Shown here: positions 1 through 8,652 of the stretch, one piece after another
Position numbering within the stretch: position 1 is the stretch's first letter
How the letters are laid out: the number at the start of each line of letters is the position of its first letter
Position numbers and translations under genes: made by a program
The notes under the pieces: generated by a model
Seen by the model: only the letters and a program-made list of their open reading frames with translations
Told to the model about the DNA's origin: nothing
Database searches by the model: none
Origin: Erysipelotrichaceae bacterium
GTDB lineage: Bacteria; Bacillota_I; Bacilli_A; Erysipelotrichales; Erysipelotrichaceae
Length of the DNA: 32,000 bases
Direction: 5' to 3'
Assembly: GCA_963676105.1 (NCBI GenBank)
Contig: OY781039.1
Span: 1,920,001-1,952,000, forward strand

Positions 1-882
1 ATTATTACTGGTAATGATGCAGAAGGTGCAGGTGAAGTATTCACCGTTACTACTCGTAAAGATGATAAATATGAGAAAGATTTCTTTGGTAAGAAATCTA
101 GCTTAACCGTATCTGGGCAACTACAAGCTGAAGCTTATGCATTAGCGTTTAGAGATGTTTATACATTTGGTCCAACCTTTAGAGCTGAAAATTCTAATAC
201 TCCAAGACATGCTTCAGAGTTCTGGATGATTGAACCTGAGATTGCCTTTGCGGATTTAGACGATGATATGAACCTCATTGAAGATATGGTTAAATACTGT
301 ATTGATTATGTTTTAGAAAATGCACCAGAAGAAATGAAGTTCTTTAATGAACGTATTGATAAAACATTAATGGAACGCTTAAACTTAGTCATGCATTCAG
401 ACTTTAAACGTATGACCTATACTGAAGCGATTGAAATTTTAAAGAATTCAGGTGAAAACTTTGAATTCCCTGTTGAATGGGGAACAGATCTTCAATCTGA
501 ACATGAACGTTATCTATCAGAAAAAGTCGTTAAGGGACCTGTTTTCTTAATTGATTATCCCAAAGATATTAAAGCGTTTTATATGCGTACAAACGAAGAT
601 GGTAAAACGGTTGCGGCCTGTGACTTGTTAGTTCCTTCGATTGGTGAACTTGTTGGTGGCTCTCAACGTGAAGAACGTTTAGATGTCCTTGAAGCACGCA
701 TGGCGGAAATGGGTGTTGAAGCCGAAGGTCTTCAATGGTATTTAGATCTTAGACGTTATGGTGGATGCAAACATGCTGGGTTCGGCCTTGGATTTGAACG
801 TTTCCTTATGTACATAACAGGTATAACTAATATTAGAGATGTTATTCCATTTGCTAGAACACCTAAGAATCTTTTATACTAG
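1..882 (+). CDS. asnS: Asparagine--tRNA ligase (class II aaRS), 5' end outside window
   Basis: Frame 1 is open from base 1 ([14 protein letters not shown]...), so the ORF-track ATG at 226 is internal. Class II motifs are present: [21 protein letters not shown] and GFGLGFERF. The overall sequence is typical of AsnS. Confidence 0.93.
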   Translation: MITGNDAEGAGEVFTVTTRKDDKYEKDFFGKKSSLTVSGQLQAEAYALAFRDVYTFGPTFRAENSNTPRHASEFWMIEPEIAFADLDDDMNLIEDMVKYCIDYVLENAPEEMKFFNERIDKTLMERLNLVMHSDFKRMTYTEAIEILKNSGENFEFPVEWGTDLQSEHERYLSEKVVKGPVFLIDYPKDIKAFYMRTNEDGKTVAACDLLVPSIGELVGGSQREERLDVLEARMAEMGVEAEGLQWYLDLRRYGGCKHAGFGLGFERFLMYITGITNIRDVIPFARTPKNLLY

Positions 883-888
883 TATCTG

Positions 889-2208
889 ATGTATAATCCA
901 CAACTTAGAGAAGTTAAAAAAAGAAAATCAAATTTTCCTTGGGTCATATTTTCCCTTGGATTTTTTGTTGTGTCGGCGATTGGATTCTACTTTGCCTATC
1001 CTTATTTAAATGGGTCTGATGATGATGTAACTGACACCCCATTTACAATTTGTACATACGATATTTCACAGACACAAAATACAATCGAAGAACTATCATA
1101 CACAGATATTATTGAAATGAATGATTATCTTTTATATGGTGAAACCTTAAATTTATATGCAAACACATATCATCTTGGTGAAAACGATTATTTCATCGGT
1201 AAAACAGTTGTTTTAAAGAATGTTTGTGATGGTTATGAATGGGTTTATATGCTGGAATCTTATGTTGATAATCAAATTCCTTTAGAACTTTTACCAAATG
1301 GGTTTTATGAGGTTTATATCGTTGATAATCTCATTCAAAAAAGACTTGTTTCAAGTAATGAAATTGATGAAATTTTTTATCCTGTAAATCGTGATGGAAC
1401 AGCTAAAACAATAGAGTTATTAGCTCAAAAAGATTTGAGTTCAACAGATGAGAGAACAATTGAATTAAATCAAAATTATCTCTATATCAATGTTAAAGAT
1501 AGTGAACCTGAAGAACGTGTTGAAGTATACGACATTGTCTTAGATGGTGCACATTCAACCTATGTTGGAAATTCAGTTGAAAAAGGTCGTTCTGCTTTTA
1601 ATATGATTGAAGCCAATGAAACAGTTAGAATGGCAATTCTAGTTCAAGAAGAATTAGAGGTTGCAGGCTTAAAAGTTTATATGACACGAGATGATAGTGA
1701 AGATGTGATTGATCTATATGGTGAAGATGGTCGTTTATATAATGCCTATCAATCAAATGCGAAATACTATGTTGAATTTAATATGATCTTTAGTAATCTA
1801 GAAGAAAGAAATGGCGCAATTATGAGCTATTCACGCTTTAGTTCAAACCGTTTTGCGACAACTGTCTTTAAATCTTATATAAATGCCGGAATTATATCTG
1901 CTTATGGTAATGAATCTAGCACTAATATTGCGGGTGTTAAAGCTGCAAGTTTGTATGAAGGTTATGATTCGATTCCTGTTATTCGAGAAAGTGGTGGTCG
2001 AATCTTAGGGGCTGGGACAATGTCTGAAGCCTCACAAACCAATGCATTCTTTAACGCAGAAGAGCGATTTGGGATTCAAACTATTAGTATAGATATGATT
2101 CACATATCAAATGAAAATGATGTCACAAATTTTGTGAACAATGAACAAATCCTGGCAAAAGCTATTGCCCAGGGAATTATAGAATTTTTAAGAATAGAGG
2201 AAAATTAA
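889..2208 (+). CDS. Membrane-anchored protein with C-terminal N-acetylmuramoyl-L-alanine amidase (Amidase_3)-like domain, possibly degenerate
   Basis: 439 aa with an N-terminal TM helix (FPWVIFSLGFFVVSAIGFYFAY). The C-terminal ~220 aa follow the Amidase_3 pattern by eye (IVLDGAHS ... IEANET ... KVYMTRDD ... ISNEND). The ATG lies 6 nt after the asnS stop with no SD. Confidence 0.5.
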   Translation: MYNPQLREVKKRKSNFPWVIFSLGFFVVSAIGFYFAYPYLNGSDDDVTDTPFTICTYDISQTQNTIEELSYTDIIEMNDYLLYGETLNLYANTYHLGENDYFIGKTVVLKNVCDGYEWVYMLESYVDNQIPLELLPNGFYEVYIVDNLIQKRLVSSNEIDEIFYPVNRDGTAKTIELLAQKDLSSTDERTIELNQNYLYINVKDSEPEERVEVYDIVLDGAHSTYVGNSVEKGRSAFNMIEANETVRMAILVQEELEVAGLKVYMTRDDSEDVIDLYGEDGRLYNAYQSNAKYYVEFNMIFSNLEERNGAIMSYSRFSSNRFATTVFKSYINAGIISAYGNESSTNIAGVKAASLYEGYDSIPVIRESGGRILGAGTMSEASQTNAFFNAEERFGIQTISIDMIHISNENDVTNFVNNEQILAKAIAQGIIEFLRIEEN

Positions 2209-2209
2209 A

Positions 2210-4066
2210 ATGAGTCTTCAATTAGTAAAAGCTTCAAAAGCTTTTGGTGGAGACAGTATCTTTTCAAATATCAATTTTGAAGTCAAACCGAATGAAAAAA
2301 TAGCCATTATTGGACGTAATGGCTGTGGTAAAACAACCCTTTTGAAAATCCTTGCGAATGAATTAGATATGGATAGAGGGGACTTATTTAAACCGAAAGA
2401 TTTTCAAGTAGGATACTTGTCTCAGTCCAATATTCCACAAGAAGATGAGATAGTACAAAACTATTTAGAGAAGATCTATCTTGATCTTTTTGAAATGGAA
2501 AAGCAATTAGAAAAACTAGCAGAGAACCTAAAAGTAGATAGCTCTGAAGAAAAGTTAAATGTTTATGCGAATCTTCAACATCGATTTGAAGAAGCAGGTG
2601 GCTATACTTATAAATCAGAAATGATGACTGTTTTTACACAGTTTGGTTTTACTGATGAAGATTTATTACGACCACTTCATACTTTTTCAGGTGGTCAAAA
2701 AACACGTATTGCCTTTGTGCGTTTACTATTAAGCAAACCCGATGTCTTGCTTTTAGATGAACCAACCAATCACTTAGATATGAGAACGATTGAATGGTTA
2801 GAAGGATATTTAAAAAATTATCCAAAAGCATTGGTTTTAGTATCACATGATCGTATGTTTATTGATCGTGTAGTCAAAGTTATTATTGAAATGGAAGATG
2901 GCAACTTAACACGGTATCCAGGCAACTATTCTAACTACCTTGAACAAAAAGCGTTGGATTTAGAAAAACAAGCCAGTGCCTATGCCCGACAACAAAAAGA
3001 TATTCAACGATTAGAAACACTTATTGAAAAATTTAGATACAAGAAAAATAAGGCAAAGTTTGCACAGTCTAAAATTAAATATCTTGATCGTATGGAACGC
3101 ATCGAAGATGTTAAAAAAGATAAGAGGAGTTTTCATGGTGAGTTTCATGCGAAATTACGTGGGGGAAAACAAGTTCTTTTGTGTAAGGATTATACAGTTG
3201 GTTATGATCATCCACTCGCTAGCATTAATCTAGAATTACTAAGGAATAATCACACAGCCATCATCGGACCAAATGGTCATGGTAAATCTACTTTTTTAAA
3301 AACACTCATTGGCAAATTAGAACCATTATCTGGTGAAGTTTTGTGGGGTCATCAAATTGAAATTGGTTATTTTGATCAAGAACAAGTTGAATACACAAGT
3401 GAGAATACAGTACTTGAAGATCTTTGGGATGAATATCCTAATTTAACACAAACTGAAGTGAGAACGGTTTTAGGTTCATTTTTATTTAGTGCAGATGAAG
3501 TTTTTAAAGATGTTCGTGTTTTATCAGGTGGTGAGAAAGTAAGACTTGCGTTAGCGAAACTTATGTTAAAGGAAGCGAACCTGTTAATCCTTGATGAACC
3601 TACCAATCATTTAGACATTCCAGCGAAAGAAGCTTTGGAAAAATCCTTAGCTCATTATGAAGGAACGATACTTTTCGTTTCACATGATCGTTATTTTATT
3701 CAAAAGATGGCTAAAGCTGTTTTAAATATTGAAGATGGAGTTGCAGCCTATTATCCATTAAAATTTGATGAAATGATTGAACATCAAGAAGTGAAAGTAG
3801 AAGTTAAAGAAGATATTGTTAAACCAAGAGAATCTTCTAAACAATCTAAGTCAAGATTAGAAAAACAACTTAAAAAGGTTGAAGAATCAATTACATTAAA
3901 AGAAGAAGAACTTGAAGAATATCGTGAGCTAAGATATGAACCAGATTATTATCACAATCATGAAAAAATGAAAGAACTAGATGCTCAAATCGATGAAATC
4001 CATAATGAAATCGCGGCACTTATGAAAAATTGGGAAATGATTCATGAGAGTTTAGAAGAAGCTTAG
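2210..4066 (+). CDS. ABC-F family ATPase (two ABC domains, no membrane domain, C-terminal coiled coil)
   Basis: Walker A GRNGCGKTT and GPNGHGKST; signatures FSGGQKTR and LSGGEKVR; Walker B LLLDEPTNHLD and LILDEPTNHLD. There is a K/E-rich inter-domain linker and a charged C-terminal tail. SD agagga; the ATG is 1 nt after the upstream stop. Confidence 0.88.
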   Translation: MSLQLVKASKAFGGDSIFSNINFEVKPNEKIAIIGRNGCGKTTLLKILANELDMDRGDLFKPKDFQVGYLSQSNIPQEDEIVQNYLEKIYLDLFEMEKQLEKLAENLKVDSSEEKLNVYANLQHRFEEAGGYTYKSEMMTVFTQFGFTDEDLLRPLHTFSGGQKTRIAFVRLLLSKPDVLLLDEPTNHLDMRTIEWLEGYLKNYPKALVLVSHDRMFIDRVVKVIIEMEDGNLTRYPGNYSNYLEQKALDLEKQASAYARQQKDIQRLETLIEKFRYKKNKAKFAQSKIKYLDRMERIEDVKKDKRSFHGEFHAKLRGGKQVLLCKDYTVGYDHPLASINLELLRNNHTAIIGPNGHGKSTFLKTLIGKLEPLSGEVLWGHQIEIGYFDQEQVEYTSENTVLEDLWDEYPNLTQTEVRTVLGSFLFSADEVFKDVRVLSGGEKVRLALAKLMLKEANLLILDEPTNHLDIPAKEALEKSLAHYEGTILFVSHDRYFIQKMAKAVLNIEDGVAAYYPLKFDEMIEHQEVKVEVKEDIVKPRESSKQSKSRLEKQLKKVEESITLKEEELEEYRELRYEPDYYHNHEKMKELDAQIDEIHNEIAALMKNWEMIHESLEEA

Positions 4067-4088
4067 GGGAAATTAGTTATAAAAAAAT

Positions 4089-4116
4089 GGAACATGTACG
4101 AATGTTCCGTTTTTTA
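4089..4116. terminator. Bidirectional Rho-independent terminator between convergent genes
   Basis: GGAACAT(4089-4095)-gtacga-ATGTTCC(4102-4108), flanked by an A-run upstream and a T-run downstream. Confidence 0.75.
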
Positions 4117-4127
4117 TATAGTTATAT

Positions 4128-4511
4128 TTAAGTATATATATAAATAATGTTAAGGATAATACCTTCAATTAAAATAATTAAGGTATAAATATAGAATGTT
4201 CTACTTGGTGGTTTGCGACGATTATTTTTAAACTGTATATAGTCATACATGGATGCATAGTGTTCTTTTTCTGAGCTTTCAAGTGCTTCATATTTGCTCG
4301 ATAAGACAAGATAGGTTTTCTTAAATGTATATCCAAAGACATCAAAGTATCCAAAGTGTTCTAAGAATATAAAACCACTAATCAAAATAGAGACAATTGC
4401 GAATACACCTATCCCATCAGCAAACGCTAAAGATTTATTGCTTTGAGTAAACATATAAAAGAAGGAAATAATTTGAGTTATGCTTAATCCAATTACTAAT
4501 TTCTTGTTCAT
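4128..4511 (-). CDS. Small multi-pass membrane protein (DUF3899-like)
   Basis: 127 aa with hydrophobic helices at both ends. The central GYFDVFGYTFKK motif is reminiscent of DUF3899 (from memory). No SD. Confidence 0.5.
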   Translation of the reverse strand: MNKKLVIGLSITQIISFFYMFTQSNKSLAFADGIGVFAIVSILISGFIFLEHFGYFDVFGYTFKKTYLVLSSKYEALESSEKEHYASMYDYIQFKNNRRKPPSRTFYIYTLIILIEGIILNIIYIYT

Positions 4512-4603
4512 ACGACAATATTATACACTTTTATGACTATCTAATTTCTATTTGTACTATAAGTTTGAGTTTCACATAAATTTCACATTGTTAAGTAAAT
4601 GCA

Positions 4604-4631
4604 TTGACTTTGCTTCTCACATTGTTATAAT
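4604..4631 (+). promoter_or_regulatory. sigma-A type promoter of oppA
   Basis: TTGACT (4604-4609), 16-nt spacer, then TGtTATAAT (extended -10; hexamer 4626-4631). It lies ~40 nt upstream of the oppA ATG. Confidence 0.7.
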
Positions 4632-4671
4632 TTTTAGTATATACACAATTTTTGTGTAGAAGGGAGAGTAT

Positions 4672-6330
4672 ATGAAGACTCTATTTAAAATTTTTGTAGT
4701 GTCGCTAATTGCTTCTATGGCTTTAGTCGGTTGTTCATCAACTGATGCTGAAGTTGAACTTGGTGCTGTCATCAATATGTTCGAATCAGAAGATATTCCA
4801 TCATTAGATGCAAGTAATGCGACTGACACAGTTTCCTTCAATTCACTCGGTAACACAATGGAAGGTCTTGTTATGCAAGGGCCTGTTGCTGGTGAAATGG
4901 TTCCTGGTGTTGCGACCGATTGGTCATTCGACGAAGCTAGCTTAACTTGGACATTCAATTTGAATCCAGAAGCTAAGTGGGTTGATAGCACTGGTGCTGA
5001 ACAACGTGCTGTTGTTGCTGGTGACTTTGTTTATTCTTGGGATCGTGTTACATCTGGTGATACATTCCAATATGCATTTATGCTTACTGACGTAGCAAAA
5101 ATCGTTAGCTATGAAGCTGTTGATGATACAACTTTAACAGTTACATTATCTGAAAACGTTCCTTATTTCTTGAACGTTATGGCATTTGCTACAACATACC
5201 CAATCCCTGCTGAAGCTGTTGAAGCTGCTGGTGATGCGTATGGTACTACAGCTGAAGGCTTATGGTACAACGGTCCTTTCTATATGTCAGAATGGACACA
5301 TGGTTCACAATTTGTTTGGACTAAAAATGAAGCTTACTGGGATGCAGACGTAGTTCGTACTCCTGCTGTCACATGGCGTGTTATTGAAGGTTATGAACCT
5401 GCTACAGGTATCGAACTTTATGACGCTGGTGAAATTGACCGTGTTGGTCTTTCTGGTGAATTCGTTACTCAACGTAAAGATGATTCAGATGCTGTTTTAG
5501 TACCTGATACAGCTGTATTCTACTTAATGTTCAATATGGCAAATAGTGGAATCGAAAACGGAGCTCCTGTCATCGATGAAACTGCTGGTAACCCATTATT
5601 TGACAACCTAAAAGTACGTCAAGCGATTGCTTACCAAATTGAAAAATCATATATTACAGACGAAATCTTGAAAAATGGTTCCGTTCCTGCATATAGCTTC
5701 GTTCCAAGTGATTACCTATCATACGATGGTGTTGCTTTCGAATCAGAACGTGGTGAAGGTTATATGTTAACCGATAAAGACATAGCTGCTACATTATTTG
5801 CAGAAGGCATGGCTGAAATGGGTTACGAACCTGGCGATAATGGTTTAACTGTTGATATCCTCAATTACGAATCTGCAACTGCTGGTTTAATCATTGAATA
5901 TGTAAAACAAGAATTAGACGGTCTATTTGCTGATTATGGTATTGAAGTTACTGTTACAACTTTACCTTTCTCAGAAAAATTAACTGTTTCTGAAGCTGGT
6001 GAATACGATATTACATTCTCAGGTTGGGGACCAGACTATGACTGGCCAACAACTTACTTAGACATGTGGTTAACTGACAACGCTTATAACGAAGTTGGTT
6101 ACTCAAGTGCTGAGTACGATGCATTGGTATCTCCTAGTGGCAAAACTGTAGCTGAAGCATTTGCTGATCTACAAGCTGCTGAAGCACTTCTTCTTGAAGA
6201 TGTAGCTATCTTACCAATTTACCAACGTGCTGGTATTTCTTTACAAAACCCTGCTGTTAAAGATGTTTACTACTACTTAAGTGGTTATGATTCATCATTC
6301 AAATGGGCTTATAAAGAAGCTGCTGAATAA
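4672..6330 (+). CDS. oppA: Peptide/oligopeptide ABC transporter substrate-binding lipoprotein (SBP family 5)
   Basis: 552 aa with a signal peptide and lipobox (MALVGC|SS) and an SBP_bac_5-like body. First gene of the ABC importer operon. SD gggag. Codon usage looks biased toward highly expressed genes. Confidence 0.85.
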   Translation: MKTLFKIFVVSLIASMALVGCSSTDAEVELGAVINMFESEDIPSLDASNATDTVSFNSLGNTMEGLVMQGPVAGEMVPGVATDWSFDEASLTWTFNLNPEAKWVDSTGAEQRAVVAGDFVYSWDRVTSGDTFQYAFMLTDVAKIVSYEAVDDTTLTVTLSENVPYFLNVMAFATTYPIPAEAVEAAGDAYGTTAEGLWYNGPFYMSEWTHGSQFVWTKNEAYWDADVVRTPAVTWRVIEGYEPATGIELYDAGEIDRVGLSGEFVTQRKDDSDAVLVPDTAVFYLMFNMANSGIENGAPVIDETAGNPLFDNLKVRQAIAYQIEKSYITDEILKNGSVPAYSFVPSDYLSYDGVAFESERGEGYMLTDKDIAATLFAEGMAEMGYEPGDNGLTVDILNYESATAGLIIEYVKQELDGLFADYGIEVTVTTLPFSEKLTVSEAGEYDITFSGWGPDYDWPTTYLDMWLTDNAYNEVGYSSAEYDALVSPSGKTVAEAFADLQAAEALLLEDVAILPIYQRAGISLQNPAVKDVYYYLSGYDSSFKWAYKEAAE

Positions 6331-6360
6331 TCGAATCTCGATTTAATTAGCTATATTTAA

Positions 6361-6396
6361 GGGAATCTGTTCATTCAGATTCCCTTTAGTTTTTTG
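6361..6396 (+). terminator. Intra-operon (attenuating) terminator after oppA
   Basis: GGGAATCTG(6361-6369)-ttcatt-CAGATTCCC(6376-6384) followed by TTTAGTTTTTT. Confidence 0.75.
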
Positions 6397-6430
6397 CTTT
6401 TTGAAACATCGTTTTAATCAGGTATAAAAT

Positions 6431-6460
6431 TTAGAATATTTGTGAATTTTAATGTATAAT
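6431..6460 (+). promoter_or_regulatory. Possible internal promoter for oppBCDF
   Basis: TTAGAA (6431-6436), 18-nt spacer, TATAAT (6455-6460). It lies between the oppA terminator and oppB. Confidence 0.3.
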
Positions 6461-6524
6461 AGAAAAGCAAAACTGAAATTTGAGATTTTCACTCAATATG
6501 AATGTATTATAGGAGGTCACATTA

Positions 6525-7487
6525 ATGACGAGATACGTTGCGAGACGTGTGCTCCAAATGGCTTTAACACTGTTTCTAATCATGACGGTTTTATTTATGC
6601 TTTTGAAGATTACACCGGGCTCACCTTTTTTAGACCCTAAGATTACGCCAGATATGCGTGCAATGTTAGAGGCTAAGTATGGTTTAGACAAACCGATATT
6701 AACACAGTACTTTATGTACCTTGGTAACCTATTACAAGGAGACTTAGGAACATCAATAATCATGATTAAAAACTATCCTGTATGGGATATGGTTAAACAA
6801 CCTTTAGCAATCACGATTCGATTAGGTTTAATTGCCTTATTATATGGATCAATTGTGGGCGTGTTTTTAGGGGCAATTGCTGCTTTAAACCGAAACAAAT
6901 TCTGGGATCATTTTAATACAGTTATCGCGGTTGTTGGGGTATCGGTTCCATCCTTTGTTATTGCTATGATCTTATTAATGTTAAGACGTAATTTCCCATT
7001 TATTCCAGTTGTTTTCACAGCTGCAAATCCAACGTTTGGAGTATCAATTTGGGACGAAATTATTTCGATGACGCTTCCTATCTTAGCGCTTTCATTTGCG
7101 GTTATCGCAAGTATTGCGCGTTATACAAGAACCGAACTTGTTGAAGTTTATAACTCAGATTTTATCCTTCTCGCTAGAGCAAAAGGTTTGAATAAAAAAC
7201 AAGTATTTACGAAACATGCTTTTAGAAATGCATTGATTCCTATTATCACAATTATGGGACCAATGATGGTTGCTTTAATTACAGGTTCAACGGTTGTTGA
7301 ACGATTCTTTGGGGTTCCTGGATTATCACAAATGGCGATTAAATCCATTAACGTTAAAGATACATTTGTTACATTAGGAACAGAACTTTTATATAGTGCT
7401 ATGTTTATATTTACAATGTTGGTTATCGATATTGCCTACGGTATTATTGATCCACGAATTCGTTTAGTGGGAGGTAAAAAAGAATGA
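6525..7487 (+). CDS. oppB: Peptide ABC transporter permease
   Basis: 320 aa, multi-TM, with an EAA-type loop (LLARAKGLNKKQVFTKHAFRNALIP). Strong SD aggagg. Confidence 0.88.
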   Translation: MTRYVARRVLQMALTLFLIMTVLFMLLKITPGSPFLDPKITPDMRAMLEAKYGLDKPILTQYFMYLGNLLQGDLGTSIIMIKNYPVWDMVKQPLAITIRLGLIALLYGSIVGVFLGAIAALNRNKFWDHFNTVIAVVGVSVPSFVIAMILLMLRRNFPFIPVVFTAANPTFGVSIWDEIISMTLPILALSFAVIASIARYTRTELVEVYNSDFILLARAKGLNKKQVFTKHAFRNALIPIITIMGPMMVALITGSTVVERFFGVPGLSQMAIKSINVKDTFVTLGTELLYSAMFIFTMLVIDIAYGIIDPRIRLVGGKKE

Positions 7488-8641
7488 GTCCACAAGAAAA
7501 ACTCACTCCAGAACAATTAGATAATCTCCCAAAAGATTTATTTGAGTTCTATCAAAACCAAGATGATGCAGAAGGGATCACCACAAAACCTATTTCTTTC
7601 TGGGCTGATGCAATGCGTCGTTTAATGAAAAATAAAATAGCGGTTGTATCCTTGTTCTTTATTGGTTTATTACTCGTTATGTCAATTATTGCACCTAGTA
7701 TTTCTCAATATGACTTAGTCGGTCGAGTTAATGAAGATTTAACCGTTTATGCTCAACTTCCTCCACGTGTTCCTGGTTTAGAAAAATTAGGAATATTCGA
7801 TGGGTCATTAACCGTTGAAATTAATGAAAAATCATTGGAATCAATGGGTTATGAAGATGACGAATATAAAATCTTAGGTTCCTTTGAAAGAAAAGGGAAT
7901 GTCTATATCGAAGTTAAAGAATATACATATAGAATTTTAGATATCGAAGATGAATATTATTTCTTTGGAACTGATATCTTAGCGCGTGATATTTGGACGC
8001 GTGTTTGGTATGGCGCACGAATTTCATTACTCATTGGTTTCTATGCAATGTTGATTGATATTTTTATTGGTGTTTTATATGGTGGTATTGCTGGATTCTT
8101 TGGCGGTACAGTTGTAGATGACATTATGATGCGTATCTTAGAAATTCTATATGGTATTCCATCAATCGTTATTCTATTTATCCTCTTTATGTTTATTAAA
8201 CCTGGTATTGTACCAATTGCGATTGCGATTGCTTTGACGGGTTGGATATCTGTTGCGCGTATGGTTCGTGCACAATTCTTAAGATTAAGAGATCAAGAGT
8301 TTGTCTTGGCGGCTAGAACACTAGGTGCTTCAAGTACACGAATTATCTTCAAACACTTAGTACCAAACGTTGTTGCGCAAATTGTCATTATGGCTTCATT
8401 CTCAATTCCAAGTGCAATCTTCTATGAAGCGTTCTTAGCTTTTATTGGGATTGGGCTAGATATTACACGTCCATCATTAGGTGTTTTAATCAATAATGCA
8501 CTTAATACAACTTACGGTGCGATGACTTATGTTTATCAATTGGTTATTCCAAGTTTAATTCTTTCATTATTAATGTTATCCATTAACCTTCTCGGTAATG
8601 GGCTACGTGATGCTTTAGACCCACGTATGCGTAACAATTAG
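7484..8641 (+). CDS. oppC: Peptide ABC transporter permease with extended N-terminal/extracytoplasmic region
   Basis: 385 aa with an ATGA overlap with oppB. EAA loop AARTLGASSTRIIFKHLVPNV. A long loop follows TM1. Confidence 0.88.
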   Translation: MSPQEKLTPEQLDNLPKDLFEFYQNQDDAEGITTKPISFWADAMRRLMKNKIAVVSLFFIGLLLVMSIIAPSISQYDLVGRVNEDLTVYAQLPPRVPGLEKLGIFDGSLTVEINEKSLESMGYEDDEYKILGSFERKGNVYIEVKEYTYRILDIEDEYYFFGTDILARDIWTRVWYGARISLLIGFYAMLIDIFIGVLYGGIAGFFGGTVVDDIMMRILEILYGIPSIVILFILFMFIKPGIVPIAIAIALTGWISVARMVRAQFLRLRDQEFVLAARTLGASSTRIIFKHLVPNVVAQIVIMASFSIPSAIFYEAFLAFIGIGLDITRPSLGVLINNALNTTYGAMTYVYQLVIPSLILSLLMLSINLLGNGLRDALDPRMRNN

Positions 8642-8652
8642 GAGGTAAAATT

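Noticed and set aside
2210-4066. ABC-F protein as an antibiotic-resistance (ARE) ribosomal protection factor
   Set aside because: The inter-domain linker looks to be of ordinary housekeeping length by eye. The context is asnS and a core operon, with no resistance or mobile-element neighbours. I cannot discriminate subfamilies without a phylogeny.
4617-4991. 124-aa minus-strand ORF antisense to the oppA 5' end, plus similar antisense or alternative-frame ORFs at 2649-2846, 3024-3233, 3376-3606, 6449-6763, 7148-7348, 8583-8864, 9670-9879, 15969-16491, 17257-17460, 18416-18733, 23363-23653, 25402-25611, 26014-26226, 26910-27113, 27271-27480, 28031-28327 and 28487-28798
   Set aside because: All lie inside well-supported genes, lack SDs, and have low-complexity or odd composition. 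They are shadow ORFs typical of AT-rich DNA.
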